32,000 nt of DNA from Propionibacteriaceae bacterium (GTDB taxonomy: Bacteria; Actinomycetota; Actinomycetes; Propionibacteriales; Propionibacteriaceae). The translations under genes were made by a program, and so were the position numbers. The notes under the pieces were generated by a model that worked only from the letters and a program-made list of their open reading frames with translations, did no database searches and was not told where the DNA came from. The stretch is from positions 150,001 to 182,000 of the forward strand of contig JAIRQE010000006.1 of the NCBI GenBank assembly GCA_031256725.1, given 5' to 3'. Below, piece by piece: positions 17,868 to 26,516 of the stretch. The stretch's first letter is position 1, and the number at the start of each line of letters is the position of its first letter.

Positions 17868-18854
17868 ATGGCTCATAGTAGTGGTACAAAAGCCGTTGTT
17901 GCGGCAATGTCAGCGAATCTCGCTATTGCAGTTATGAAGCTTGTGGCTTTTCTGCTCACACGGGCATCCTCGATGCTTGCGGAGGCGATCCACTCTTTCG
18001 CTGACTGTGCCAACCAGGTTCTTCTTCTCCTTGGTGGTCGAAGCGCACAGAAACAGGCCACACCCCTTCACCCCTTTGGTTATGGTCGTGCCCGTTATCT
18101 ATCAGCCTTCCTCGTGTCGATCATACTGTTTTCTATGGGTGGGCTCTTCGCTCTCTACGAGGCCTACCACAAGTTGGAAGAGGTACGCGCGGGGCACCCC
18201 AATGAGTTGTTGAACTCCTCATGGTGGTGGGTGCCCTTGGCTGTCCTCGGTGGAGCAATTATCGCCGAATCCTTGAGTCTTCGTACCGCTGTCATAGAAT
18301 CCCGTCCACATAAGGGCAGCACCTCATGGGCACGGTTCATCAAGAGTTCCAAGTCTCCAGAGTTGCCCGTGATCCTCCTTGAGGATATAGCTGCTTTGTT
18401 GGGTCTGGTCTTTGCACTCATTGGGGTGGGAATGACCATTATTACCAAATGGGCAGGATGGGATGTGATTGGTACAGTTGCGATCGGTATCCTGCTCATC
18501 TGTGTTGCAGTGGTCCTCGCTGCCGAAACTCGATCCCTGTTGATTGGTGAGGCTGCTTCAGATGAGGAGATCGAAAAGATCACTACTGCGATGACTGGTA
18601 CTGCTGGAATCCAGTCGATCATCCACATGAAAACCATCCACTTGGGGCCAGAAGAGGTACTCGTGGCCGCAAAGGTCGAAGTTGATGCAGATGCCACTGC
18701 CAAGGAAGTAGCGGAAATTCTCAACTCTGCCGAGGCGGCTGTACGTCAGTCAAGCGCTGTTGTTGGGCCCATGTATCTTGAGCCTGATCTGCGACGTGAC
18801 GAGGGAGACACTTCTGTTTCTGAAGAAGTATCCACCACCAGTGACGAGCATTAG
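17868..18854 (+). CDS. Cation diffusion facilitator (CDF) family metal-ion efflux transporter
   Basis: 328 aa. The N-terminus ...AVVAAMSANLAIAVMKLVAFLLTRASSMLAEAIHSFADCANQ... (a HxxxD-type TM2 site) is followed by six hydrophobic spans. The C-terminal cytoplasmic domain has an acidic tail. Confidence 0.8.
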   Translation: MAHSSGTKAVVAAMSANLAIAVMKLVAFLLTRASSMLAEAIHSFADCANQVLLLLGGRSAQKQATPLHPFGYGRARYLSAFLVSIILFSMGGLFALYEAYHKLEEVRAGHPNELLNSSWWWVPLAVLGGAIIAESLSLRTAVIESRPHKGSTSWARFIKSSKSPELPVILLEDIAALLGLVFALIGVGMTIITKWAGWDVIGTVAIGILLICVAVVLAAETRSLLIGEAASDEEIEKITTAMTGTAGIQSIIHMKTIHLGPEEVLVAAKVEVDADATAKEVAEILNSAEAAVRQSSAVVGPMYLEPDLRRDEGDTSVSEEVSTTSDEH

Positions 18855-19085
18855 TTGTCCTAGAAATAACTGACGTTTTTCTTGCGAAATATGCCGGATT
18901 ACTAGCCAAAACCATTGAAAATCTTTTTTTTCTCGTATGAATGTGGTGTTGCTAGATAATGGAAAATCGACGCGCTATGATGTGGCTTATGATTGTCCGT
19001 CTCACAACGATGTTGGTCGCGGCTGATCACAGAGACGCACTAGAAAGCATGGGCGACTGGAAGTCCCCAAAGGAGCGGAGTTCGT

Positions 19086-20327
19086 GTGACATATTCAATG
19101 GACGGTTGGCAAGAGCCAACTTTTGCAGAAAACCTAGAGAGGGCCGGTGTATCTCGCCGCGACTTTCTTAAGTATTGCGGTAGCATCGCTGCCGTATTTG
19201 CAGCAGGTTCTACTGTGCTGGGCTCAGCGGCCCAAGCTCATGGAGCCCCCACACCTGGCACGGTAACAGCTGAAGATGTTGCCAATGCCTTCGAATCGGT
19301 GAAAAAGCCGAACGTTGTGTGGCTTCAGTTGCAGGAATGTACAGGATGTATTGAGTCTGTACTGAGAGGTGGGGGGACAACTGTTGAGGACGTTGTATTG
19401 AACCTTCTGTCAGTCACATATAACGAATGCATCATGGCACCTTCCGGCGAGGCTGCTAACAAGGTACTTGAAGATACCATCCACGAGGGTGGTCATATCC
19501 TTATTGTAAACGGGTCAGTTTCCCGTAGTGACAACGGTGTCTACTGTGTCATTGGTGGGAAGACCTCTGAAGAGGTACTCAAGGAGTCTGCCGAGAAGGC
19601 TGCCGCAATTCTTGCTGTCGGTGCCTGTGCCGTTTATGGGGGTGTGCAGGCCTCAAAGCCGAATCCCACCGGTGCCTGTGGCGTAGACGACATCATCAAG
19701 AGCAAGGCTGTTATCAATGTAGCAGGTTGCCCACCAATCGCTGAAGTGATCCTGGCAACAGTGGCCTATTTCCTCACCCATGGTGAGGCACCAAAGACAG
19801 ACTCTCAGGGGCGTCCGCTGTTCGCCTATGATCAGCGCATCCACGACTCCTGTCACCGTCGTTCACACTTTGACGCTGGGCAGTTCGTACGTACCTTTGA
19901 TGACGAGGGTGCGCGCAACGGATGGTGCCTGTACCACGTTGGATGCAAGGGCCCGAGCACGTTCAGCCCATGCCCCATCATTCAGTGGAATATGCATACC
20001 TCCTGGCCTGTGGGCGCAGGACATCCATGCATTGGCTGTACCGAAAAGAACTTCTTCGATGTGTACACCCCCTTCTACTCCAGGCTGCCCAATGTGCCAG
20101 GCTTCCCAGTTGAGGGAACCGCAGAGAAGGTTGGTCTCGGTTTGATGGCCGCCACAGTCGCTGGTATCGGTATCCATGCTGGAGCCACCGCGATTCGTAA
20201 AGCTGCTGCCTCAAAAGAGTCCCATGAAGAACCCCTTCAAGCCTTCGGTGATGAGGTAACAGAACCTCGTCGCGCCGCTACTACCGATGCCGCAGACACG
20301 GCAACCAATGAATCCGGAAAGGAATAA
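19086..20327 (+). CDS. hyaA: [NiFe]-hydrogenase small subunit, Tat-exported, with C-terminal membrane anchor (group 1 uptake type)
   Basis: 413 aa. Twin-arginine signal GVSRRDFLKYCGSIAAVFAAG...AQAHG. Proximal-cluster motif WLQLQECTGCIES, plus further Cys clusters (GCPP, CHRRSHF, GCKGP...C, CIGC). C-terminal TM helix VGLGLMAATVAGIGIHAGATAI. GTG start 10 nt after AAGGAG; the ATG at 19098 is an alternative. Confidence 0.9.
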   Translation: MTYSMDGWQEPTFAENLERAGVSRRDFLKYCGSIAAVFAAGSTVLGSAAQAHGAPTPGTVTAEDVANAFESVKKPNVVWLQLQECTGCIESVLRGGGTTVEDVVLNLLSVTYNECIMAPSGEAANKVLEDTIHEGGHILIVNGSVSRSDNGVYCVIGGKTSEEVLKESAEKAAAILAVGACAVYGGVQASKPNPTGACGVDDIIKSKAVINVAGCPPIAEVILATVAYFLTHGEAPKTDSQGRPLFAYDQRIHDSCHRRSHFDAGQFVRTFDDEGARNGWCLYHVGCKGPSTFSPCPIIQWNMHTSWPVGAGHPCIGCTEKNFFDVYTPFYSRLPNVPGFPVEGTAEKVGLGLMAATVAGIGIHAGATAIRKAAASKESHEEPLQAFGDEVTEPRRAATTDAADTATNESGKE

Positions 20328-20330
20328 ATC

Positions 20331-22118
20331 ATGGCAGACCGCGTCGTTATTGACCCCATCACTCGTATTGAGGGACACCTGCGCCTCGAATTGGAAACTT
20401 CTGGAGGAAAGATCACTGATGCATGGAGTCAAGCCACCCAGTTCCGTGGCTTGGAAACCATCCTTCAGGGTCGTGATCCTCGTGATGCCTGGGCTTTCAC
20501 CCAGCGTATCTGTGGAGTATGTACTGGTGTTCACGCCATCACATCGATCACCGCTGTTGAGAACGCTATTGGTTCGCAACCGCCGGAGCAGGCTCTGTTG
20601 ATCCGTGACATGATCATGGCCTCCCAGGAGATCCAGGATCACGTAATCCATTTCTATCACCTGCATGCTCTCGACTTCGTCAACGTCGCTAATGCAGCCA
20701 AGGCTGATCCTGCTGCGGCTGTTGCCTTCGCTGAAGCGATTGGATCGACATGGAGGGGTAATACCCTCACGAGAATGACTGAGGTTCGTGACACCGTTCA
20801 GGCGATCCTGGATTCCGGTCAGTTGTCCATCTTCACAGGTGGGTACTGGGGGCATCCGGATTACCGGCTCCCACCAGAAGCCGATCTGATGGCTGTTGCT
20901 CACTACTTGGATGCGCTAGAGTTCCAGCGCTCAATGATCCGTATCAATACGGTCTTTGGCGGAAAGAACCCTCACCCGCACTTCCTCGTTGGTGGCATGG
21001 CATGTTCCATTGATCAGAACAAGTCTGAAACGGTCAACCAGGTTCAGGTCTCGAATATCCAGAAGTGGGTTGCTGAGTGCCTCGAATTTGTTGAGACCTG
21101 CTATGTGCCCGATGCTTTGGCTGTTGTGGGTGTCTATAAGGATTACTTCGATATTGGTGCTTCAACCCCCAACTACCTCGCTATAGGTCTTGCGGGTGCC
21201 ACCTATGGTGGAGATCCCAATGTTGTGCCGAAGTTCCCAACCGCGAAGATGGATGTTAAGCCGGGTGTCATCTTTGATGATGACTTCTCCACGGTTCATC
21301 CTTTCGACCATACAAAGATCACTGAGTCTATTGCCTCAGCATGGTTCTCCTATGAGGGAGGGGCTACGGCTCTGACACCTGATCTCGGTGAGACGGCTCC
21401 GAAGTACACCGGCCCTCAGCCACCCTACGAAGCTCGTACCATAGCCCAAGATGATTCTGTTCTCCTGGCTAGCAGGGAAGAAGGCTGGGACGGAAAGTAC
21501 ACCTGGAGCAAGGAACCAATGTACGACGGCAAGCGCATGCAGGTTGGTCCTGTTGCTCGTGTCATCTTGGCCTATGCTCAAGGCCACGAACGTATGAAAG
21601 AGATCGTGGATGGTGCTGTTGCAACGTTGGGTATCAGCCTCAGCCAGATGAACTCAACAGCTGGTCGTGCTCTGGCTCGTGCAGCTGAGTGCTTGTTGTC
21701 AGCTGAGATTCTCGCTAATTCGACCTTCCCCAAGTTCGTGGAGAACCTCACCCAGGGTGACATCAATGTTTTCGACGCCACCAAGTGGGAGCCCTCAACC
21801 TGGGATAAGGAATGCTCTGGCTTCGGTATGGTCGAGGTTGCTCGCGGAATGCTTAGCCACTGGGTCACCATTAAGGACAAGGCTATTGATCGTTATCAGT
21901 GCGTTGTGCCATCCACATGGCTCGGTGGTGGTCGTGATGGTGAGGGCAATATGAGCCCTTACGAACATGCACTCGCTGGTGATGGGACCCACCCATTGGT
22001 TGATCCTGAGCAGCCCCTTGAGGTCTTGCGTACGATCCACTCCTTCGATCCATGCATGTCATGTGCTGTTCACGTTCTCGACGAGGATGGCAAGGTACTA
22101 CAGGTGGCACAATCATGA
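20331..22118 (+). CDS. hyaB: [NiFe]-hydrogenase large subunit
   Basis: 595 aa. N-terminal ITRIEGH, L1 motif RICGVCTGVH, and C-terminal DPCMSCAVH followed by a 14-aa extension (VLDEDGKVLQVAQS) of the kind the maturation endopeptidase removes. Confidence 0.92.
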   Translation: MADRVVIDPITRIEGHLRLELETSGGKITDAWSQATQFRGLETILQGRDPRDAWAFTQRICGVCTGVHAITSITAVENAIGSQPPEQALLIRDMIMASQEIQDHVIHFYHLHALDFVNVANAAKADPAAAVAFAEAIGSTWRGNTLTRMTEVRDTVQAILDSGQLSIFTGGYWGHPDYRLPPEADLMAVAHYLDALEFQRSMIRINTVFGGKNPHPHFLVGGMACSIDQNKSETVNQVQVSNIQKWVAECLEFVETCYVPDALAVVGVYKDYFDIGASTPNYLAIGLAGATYGGDPNVVPKFPTAKMDVKPGVIFDDDFSTVHPFDHTKITESIASAWFSYEGGATALTPDLGETAPKYTGPQPPYEARTIAQDDSVLLASREEGWDGKYTWSKEPMYDGKRMQVGPVARVILAYAQGHERMKEIVDGAVATLGISLSQMNSTAGRALARAAECLLSAEILANSTFPKFVENLTQGDINVFDATKWEPSTWDKECSGFGMVEVARGMLSHWVTIKDKAIDRYQCVVPSTWLGGGRDGEGNMSPYEHALAGDGTHPLVDPEQPLEVLRTIHSFDPCMSCAVHVLDEDGKVLQVAQS

Positions 22119-23341
22119 CCAAAAGTACCCCTACCGATCAGGTTGAGATACCGACCCTAGTGGTCGGAACTGCCTACAGCCTGGGAGCGGTCAGCGAGGG
22201 ACGCATCATGACAATGGCGGCGGCAAGTCCGCCGAATAGTACTGATCCTGTGGATCAGGCAGCCATTGAGGTGCTCAAGGCCAATTATGTTGGTCTGGAG
22301 GTTCCCGAAGTTGCCGCTGATGATGTTGATCCCGCGAGCCTCAAACGGCGTTACAGTTTGGCGAGGATTCGTCGCTATAACCGCCAGGATGGGCATATCG
22401 ATGATCGAGTTATCATGCGTGGAGACTTGGATGCCGTCCTTGAGAAGGTGAAGATCTCCAAAGAGCAGACCAGGCTTGTGAAAAAGAATGCCGCAGTGGT
22501 CATCCGCAATGGGTGGCGTCCACTGGCTGTTGCTCGTGCCAAGGTTGATCATAATGACATTGTTGGGGCTTTCCGCTTGGAGGGCTTCATCCCTGTGGCT
22601 CCCGAAGGACACGCTGGTGATGACATGGATGTGTCAACAGGACCAGCAGTGTGGGCACGTGTACGCGTGTGGTCAGCATCCCTGCGCTTCCAGCATTGGC
22701 TCAATGTTGCGGTTATCTTTATCCTGAGTTGTACAGGCATTTTCATCATGGATCCCTTCTTTGGTGCAACAGCATTGGGTACGGATGCCAGTGGCTACCT
22801 CATGGGTATTATCCGTTTGATCCACTTCATCGCAGCCTTCGTGTGGCTCATCATTGGTGCCGCTCGAATCTGGTCCGCTTTCATGTCCCGTGATAGGTAC
22901 CTTCGATGGCCATCCATGTGGCCGCTGAAGAGCAAAGATGATGTGAAGCACCTTGGACAGATACTCCAGCATTATGCTCTTATCAAAGAGCATGCGCCTT
23001 TGTATCTGGCTCACAATCCGTTGCAGCAGTTGGCATATACCTCTGTGTACATTGCCTGTGGTTTACAGATGCTCTCAGGGTTTGTCCTCTATGGGCTCTA
23101 TCACCCATCGAATCCTTTCTGGTCCTTGGTGTCTTTGCCGGCGGCATGGTTCGGAGTTGGAGTGGTACGTCTCTTCCACACCTTGATGATGTTTGGACTG
23201 TGGGCCTTCGTGATCATGCACATCTACCTTGTACTCAGGGCTGAGTCCCTGGAACGCCACGGTGGTCTGTCTGCCATGATCAACGGCGGCGTATGGGTGA
23301 AGCGTGGTGCTGAGCCTGTGGATGCCCCCAAGGTCGAGTGA
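22115..23341 (+). CDS. hyaC: Hydrogenase b-type cytochrome subunit (HyaC/HupC-like) with a ~178 aa N-terminal soluble extension
   Basis: ATGA start/stop overlap with the large subunit gene (ATG 22115-22117, TGA 22116-22118). The C-terminal ~230 aa carry 4 hydrophobic helices and conserved His residues (RFQHWLN..., IRLIHFIAA..., RLFHTLMM...) typical of Ni/Fe-hydrogenase cytochrome b. The N-terminal 178 aa (22115-22648) are not part of standard HyaC. Confidence 0.8.
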   Translation: MTKSTPTDQVEIPTLVVGTAYSLGAVSEGRIMTMAAASPPNSTDPVDQAAIEVLKANYVGLEVPEVAADDVDPASLKRRYSLARIRRYNRQDGHIDDRVIMRGDLDAVLEKVKISKEQTRLVKKNAAVVIRNGWRPLAVARAKVDHNDIVGAFRLEGFIPVAPEGHAGDDMDVSTGPAVWARVRVWSASLRFQHWLNVAVIFILSCTGIFIMDPFFGATALGTDASGYLMGIIRLIHFIAAFVWLIIGAARIWSAFMSRDRYLRWPSMWPLKSKDDVKHLGQILQHYALIKEHAPLYLAHNPLQQLAYTSVYIACGLQMLSGFVLYGLYHPSNPFWSLVSLPAAWFGVGVVRLFHTLMMFGLWAFVIMHIYLVLRAESLERHGGLSAMINGGVWVKRGAEPVDAPKVE

Positions 23342-23871
23342 GACGTGTGGAGATCGAAGATATAACTTCATCATCCTGTGCTAACACTCAGGATACCGAT
23401 GGGTTTGCCGTCACCGTTTTGGGTGTCGGCAACCCCATCATGGGTGATGATGGGGTAGGCATTGAGTTACTCGCAAGGGTGCAAGATGTCTGCCCTGATC
23501 CACGCATTGAGTTCGTGGACGGCGGTACAGCTGGCTTGGAATTGCTCCATGTAGTTCAAGATTCGGAACGAATCCTCTTGCTAGATGCAATCGCTGGTGA
23601 TACTCCTGGGAAGGTAGTCGAGGTCGATGGAGACCAGATTCCTCGACTGATGGCAGCCAAACTCTCACCCCATCAAGTGGGATTAGTGGACATCTTTTCT
23701 GCTGCGCGCCTCTTGGGATATGAACCACGCGAAGTCGTCGCAGTAGGAGTTGTACCCGAATTTGTTGATACGAAGTACGGCCTGACACCTGTGGTGGAGG
23801 AAGCCCTTGATGAGGCAACCAAGCAGGCTGTGAGTATCCTTGAACGGTGGCTCGCTGAGCTACCAGAATAA
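23338..23871 (+). CDS. hyaD: Hydrogenase maturation endopeptidase (HyaD/HybD/HupD family)
   Basis: 177 aa. VLGVGNPIMGDDGVG and ...VDGGTAGLELL...LLDA... are family signatures. GTGA overlap with the upstream stop. Confidence 0.85.
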   Translation: MRRVEIEDITSSSCANTQDTDGFAVTVLGVGNPIMGDDGVGIELLARVQDVCPDPRIEFVDGGTAGLELLHVVQDSERILLLDAIAGDTPGKVVEVDGDQIPRLMAAKLSPHQVGLVDIFSAARLLGYEPREVVAVGVVPEFVDTKYGLTPVVEEALDEATKQAVSILERWLAELPE

Positions 23872-23891
23872 GCGGAGCGAAGTCTGTGACC

Positions 23892-24242
23892 CTAGTTGTC
23901 TCTCAGATCTGCGAAAGTGACCTCGAATTCCTTCCCGGAAACGAGGTTACCAGTGGGTGTAGAACACTGGGGACACACCAGTGCAAAGAACTCATCGATG
24001 TCTTGCTTGGCCTCACATTGAGGACACCATACCTGGGCTTGGATGGTTTCAATCTCAAGGATGGCCCCGTCAACGAGGGTGCCTTGGGTGGCCAAAGGCC
24101 AAGCGCCACAAAGGGCTTCCTCGTGGGTTCCACTCATGGTACCAACGCGAAGGCCCACCTTCTCAACCCCAGTGGCGCCCCTAGATTCAGCCACCTGCGT
24201 GACCGCAGTAACCACACCGGTCAGCAATCCCAGTTCATGCAT
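23892..24242 (-). CDS. hypA: Hydrogenase nickel-incorporation protein HypA
   Basis: 116 aa. N-terminal MHELGL (MHE Ni site) and zinc site CPQC...CPQC. It sits on the opposite strand to the rest of the cluster. Confidence 0.9.
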   Translation of the reverse strand: MHELGLLTGVVTAVTQVAESRGATGVEKVGLRVGTMSGTHEEALCGAWPLATQGTLVDGAILEIETIQAQVWCPQCEAKQDIDEFFALVCPQCSTPTGNLVSGKEFEVTFADLRDN

Positions 24243-24274
24243 CCTGACTCCCGATTCCAGATTGGACTTTGGTC

Positions 24275-25525
24275 ATGATACAACATGTTAATGTCTCTCA
24301 GATCATAGATGCCGCCCCAGCCCGCGTGGTACTCACTCGTGATGGTGAAGGTACTCTCACAGATGCTGCCTTCGACCTCTCAGGGTTGCCCAGAGTTGAT
24401 GCGATGTTGACCGGTCGACCAGTGGTCGAGGTACCTGCTCTCGTGGAAAGGCTGTGTGGGATCTGCCCCCAGGCCCATCATTTGGCAGGAACACGAGCCC
24501 TGGAGGCCCTTTCAGGTCTCACGGACCTTCCCCCAACAGCAACGGCTCTTAGACGTCTGTTGCATTATTCGAGCGTGATCGCGATTCACATTGTGGGCCT
24601 GATTGTCACCGACCAGGCTGAGGCTTTGATTCTTAGACGTTTTGCGAAGGCGGGGATGACGGCTTCAGGGTCCCCAGGGCATTTTCCGGCCACGGCTGTA
24701 CCGGGTGGGGTTCTGGCCTTAGCAGATCCAGCAAAGGTTAAGGAATGTGTGGAACTTGTACCTGAGGCTTTGAGTGCGGCACTCAGGCTTGTGGAGCGCA
24801 GTCTTGGGGTACACGCGCCTCCAGACCATTTTGATGGCGCGGATCTTGCTCTTGTTGATGATCAGGGAAACCTTGACTTGTTTGGAATGGCGTTGAGTGC
24901 GGTTTCCCCGGACGGCGGATCTGTTCTTGATCGGATGGGGCCCGAACTCTGGGATGAGATCGTGGCCGAAGCAGTGCCAGGGTCCTCAGCACCCAAGCCT
25001 TTCATCAGGGCTCTGGGAGCCTCATCGGGTGCCTATCGTGTGGGGCCTGTGGCGCAGTTGCGGGTTGCACAGTTAGCAACCCCTCAGGCGAGCGACTACA
25101 AGGACCAATGGCGTACACAGGGTCATGGGGCTGCATGTGCACGGGCGATCATCATTCTTCACTGTGTTGAGACTATTGTGGATCTCTTGGCGAACCCCGA
25201 TCTTGTCACGGGTACTCTCATCACCGAGTGGTCTGCGAATCTGTCTCAAGCGATTGGGGTTGGTTGGGTTGATGGTGCTCGCGGGCTCTTAGTACATCGG
25301 TATGAAACGACCGAGGATGCTCGTGTGAAGCAGGCCACCATTTTGACTCCTACAGCCCAAAATGAACCCTGGTTGGGTGGACTTCTTAGGCGGGCTGCTC
25401 AAGGGTCTGGAAAGTCGGTTCAGGTCAGTTTGGAGGATGCTATCCGGACGGTAGACCCGTGTTTGCCCTGTTCGTCTGCTCCTGCTGGCACAATGGATCT
25501 CGTTGTTGATACAGTTTCGACATAA
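24275..25525 (+). CDS. Short [NiFe]-hydrogenase large-subunit paralogue (HupK/HoxV-like maturation scaffold candidate)
   Basis: 416-418 aa (ATG 24275 or TTG 24269). It retains RLCGICPQAH (nt 24449-24478, RxCGxCxxxH) and C-terminal DPCLPC (nt 25454-25471), but lacks the His three residues after the second Cys. It is ~180 aa shorter than the catalytic large subunit. Confidence 0.6.
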   Translation: MIQHVNVSQIIDAAPARVVLTRDGEGTLTDAAFDLSGLPRVDAMLTGRPVVEVPALVERLCGICPQAHHLAGTRALEALSGLTDLPPTATALRRLLHYSSVIAIHIVGLIVTDQAEALILRRFAKAGMTASGSPGHFPATAVPGGVLALADPAKVKECVELVPEALSAALRLVERSLGVHAPPDHFDGADLALVDDQGNLDLFGMALSAVSPDGGSVLDRMGPELWDEIVAEAVPGSSAPKPFIRALGASSGAYRVGPVAQLRVAQLATPQASDYKDQWRTQGHGAACARAIIILHCVETIVDLLANPDLVTGTLITEWSANLSQAIGVGWVDGARGLLVHRYETTEDARVKQATILTPTAQNEPWLGGLLRRAAQGSGKSVQVSLEDAIRTVDPCLPCSSAPAGTMDLVVDTVST

Positions 25526-25542
25526 TCGGAAGGATACTAGTA

Positions 25543-25848
25543 ATGTGTATTGCAGCTCCTGTACTCATTCTGGATATTGGTGAAGGGCCCATGCCTATGG
25601 GGCATGTTCTTCATGCTGGTGAGACTACATCCTGTTGTTTTGCTTATGTTCCCGAGGCCAGGGTCGGAGATTTTGTCTTGGTACAAAACGGTTTTGCCAT
25701 GCAGGTACTTGATGGTGGGGCTGTGGAAGAGTCCCTGGCCGCCTTTGAAGAGTTGGCGGGTACTCTCGGCAATTTCGATGCTCCAGGATTCAGGGGTCGC
25801 TCTGAACCCATGACAAGTGATCAGGAATTGGTCGAAAGGCTGCTCTAA
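25543..25848 (+). CDS. hypC: Hydrogenase assembly chaperone HypC/HupF family
   Basis: 101 aa. N-terminal MCIAAP (essential Cys2), then ...GDFVLVQNGFAMQVLD... as in the HypC OB-fold. Its C-terminal extension is longer than in E. coli HypC. Confidence 0.8.
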   Translation: MCIAAPVLILDIGEGPMPMGHVLHAGETTSCCFAYVPEARVGDFVLVQNGFAMQVLDGGAVEESLAAFEELAGTLGNFDAPGFRGRSEPMTSDQELVERLL

Positions 25849-25877
25849 CTTCAAGTTATCCTTGCCCAGGCTGGGAG

Positions 25878-26516
25878 GTGAATATGACTTTGGTTGCTCC
25901 CTTGAAGGAGAATCGAACCTTGAATTGTTGGATATTGGAACAATCTGAACTTGTGGCCTGTGTGTTCATGCCCATTGAGGATTCGGGAGGAAACTATCAC
26001 AGGTGGGCTGAACTACTAGGTGAACCAATGTCATTTAAGGAAAAGGGATTATTCGATTCGCGGATACCTGAGCTCAAAGAGTCAGGGCATTTTGGATGGC
26101 CCGAAGGGTGGACCACTAGGAAAACCGCAAGTACTCTTGCTCATACGCTTGAGACGATCACTGACGAGGGAGTTCTTTTCGTGGTGGCTTTCTCGCAGAT
26201 CTATGATCGTGATCTTTCGTGTGAACCGACTCTGCCGTGGAACGAAGAGCCATCCCGGTCGTTCATTGACATTACAAGAGCTGACCTCTTCGTGTGCGAT
26301 AATCTTGATCTCGTTGCTGGGGCGAGTATCGAAGAAGATCAGTACCTTCCAGTAGGGATATGGCCTGTGGACTTCTCCTGGGCTTTGACTTCCGTACTGT
26401 ATGAGGATAAGTGGTTCTTCTCTGGATCCAGGGCGGCATATTCGGTTTTGAAAGAGGCTGGCCTCGAAGTGGCAGAGGTTCCTTATACGTGTTATGTGTG
26501 TCACGGGGACGTGTAA
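25878..26516 (+). CDS. Hypothetical protein (no recognisable motif), first gene of the AT-richer accessory stretch
   Basis: 212-aa ORF (GTG 25878 or ATG 25884). It ends in ...YTCYVCHGDV, and its last 21 nt lie inside the left arm of a 27-bp inverted repeat. Confidence 0.45.
   Translation: MNMTLVAPLKENRTLNCWILEQSELVACVFMPIEDSGGNYHRWAELLGEPMSFKEKGLFDSRIPELKESGHFGWPEGWTTRKTASTLAHTLETITDEGVLFVVAFSQIYDRDLSCEPTLPWNEEPSRSFIDITRADLFVCDNLDLVAGASIEEDQYLPVGIWPVDFSWALTSVLYEDKWFFSGSRAAYSVLKEAGLEVAEVPYTCYVCHGDV

Noticed and set aside
18164-18724. 186-aa minus-strand ORF; similar long antisense ORFs occur at 20211-20903, 3535-4074, 22157-22612 and 262-711
   Set aside because: All lie antisense inside genes with clear family signatures (CDF transporter, hydrogenase subunits, adhesin). 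Their translations are Arg/Ser/Pro-biased, as expected for shadow frames.
22052-22114. Upstream start (22052) given by the ORF track for the cytochrome b gene
   Set aside because: It would overlap the large-subunit C-terminus by 67 nt. The ATG at 22115 forms the classic ATGA stop/start overlap.
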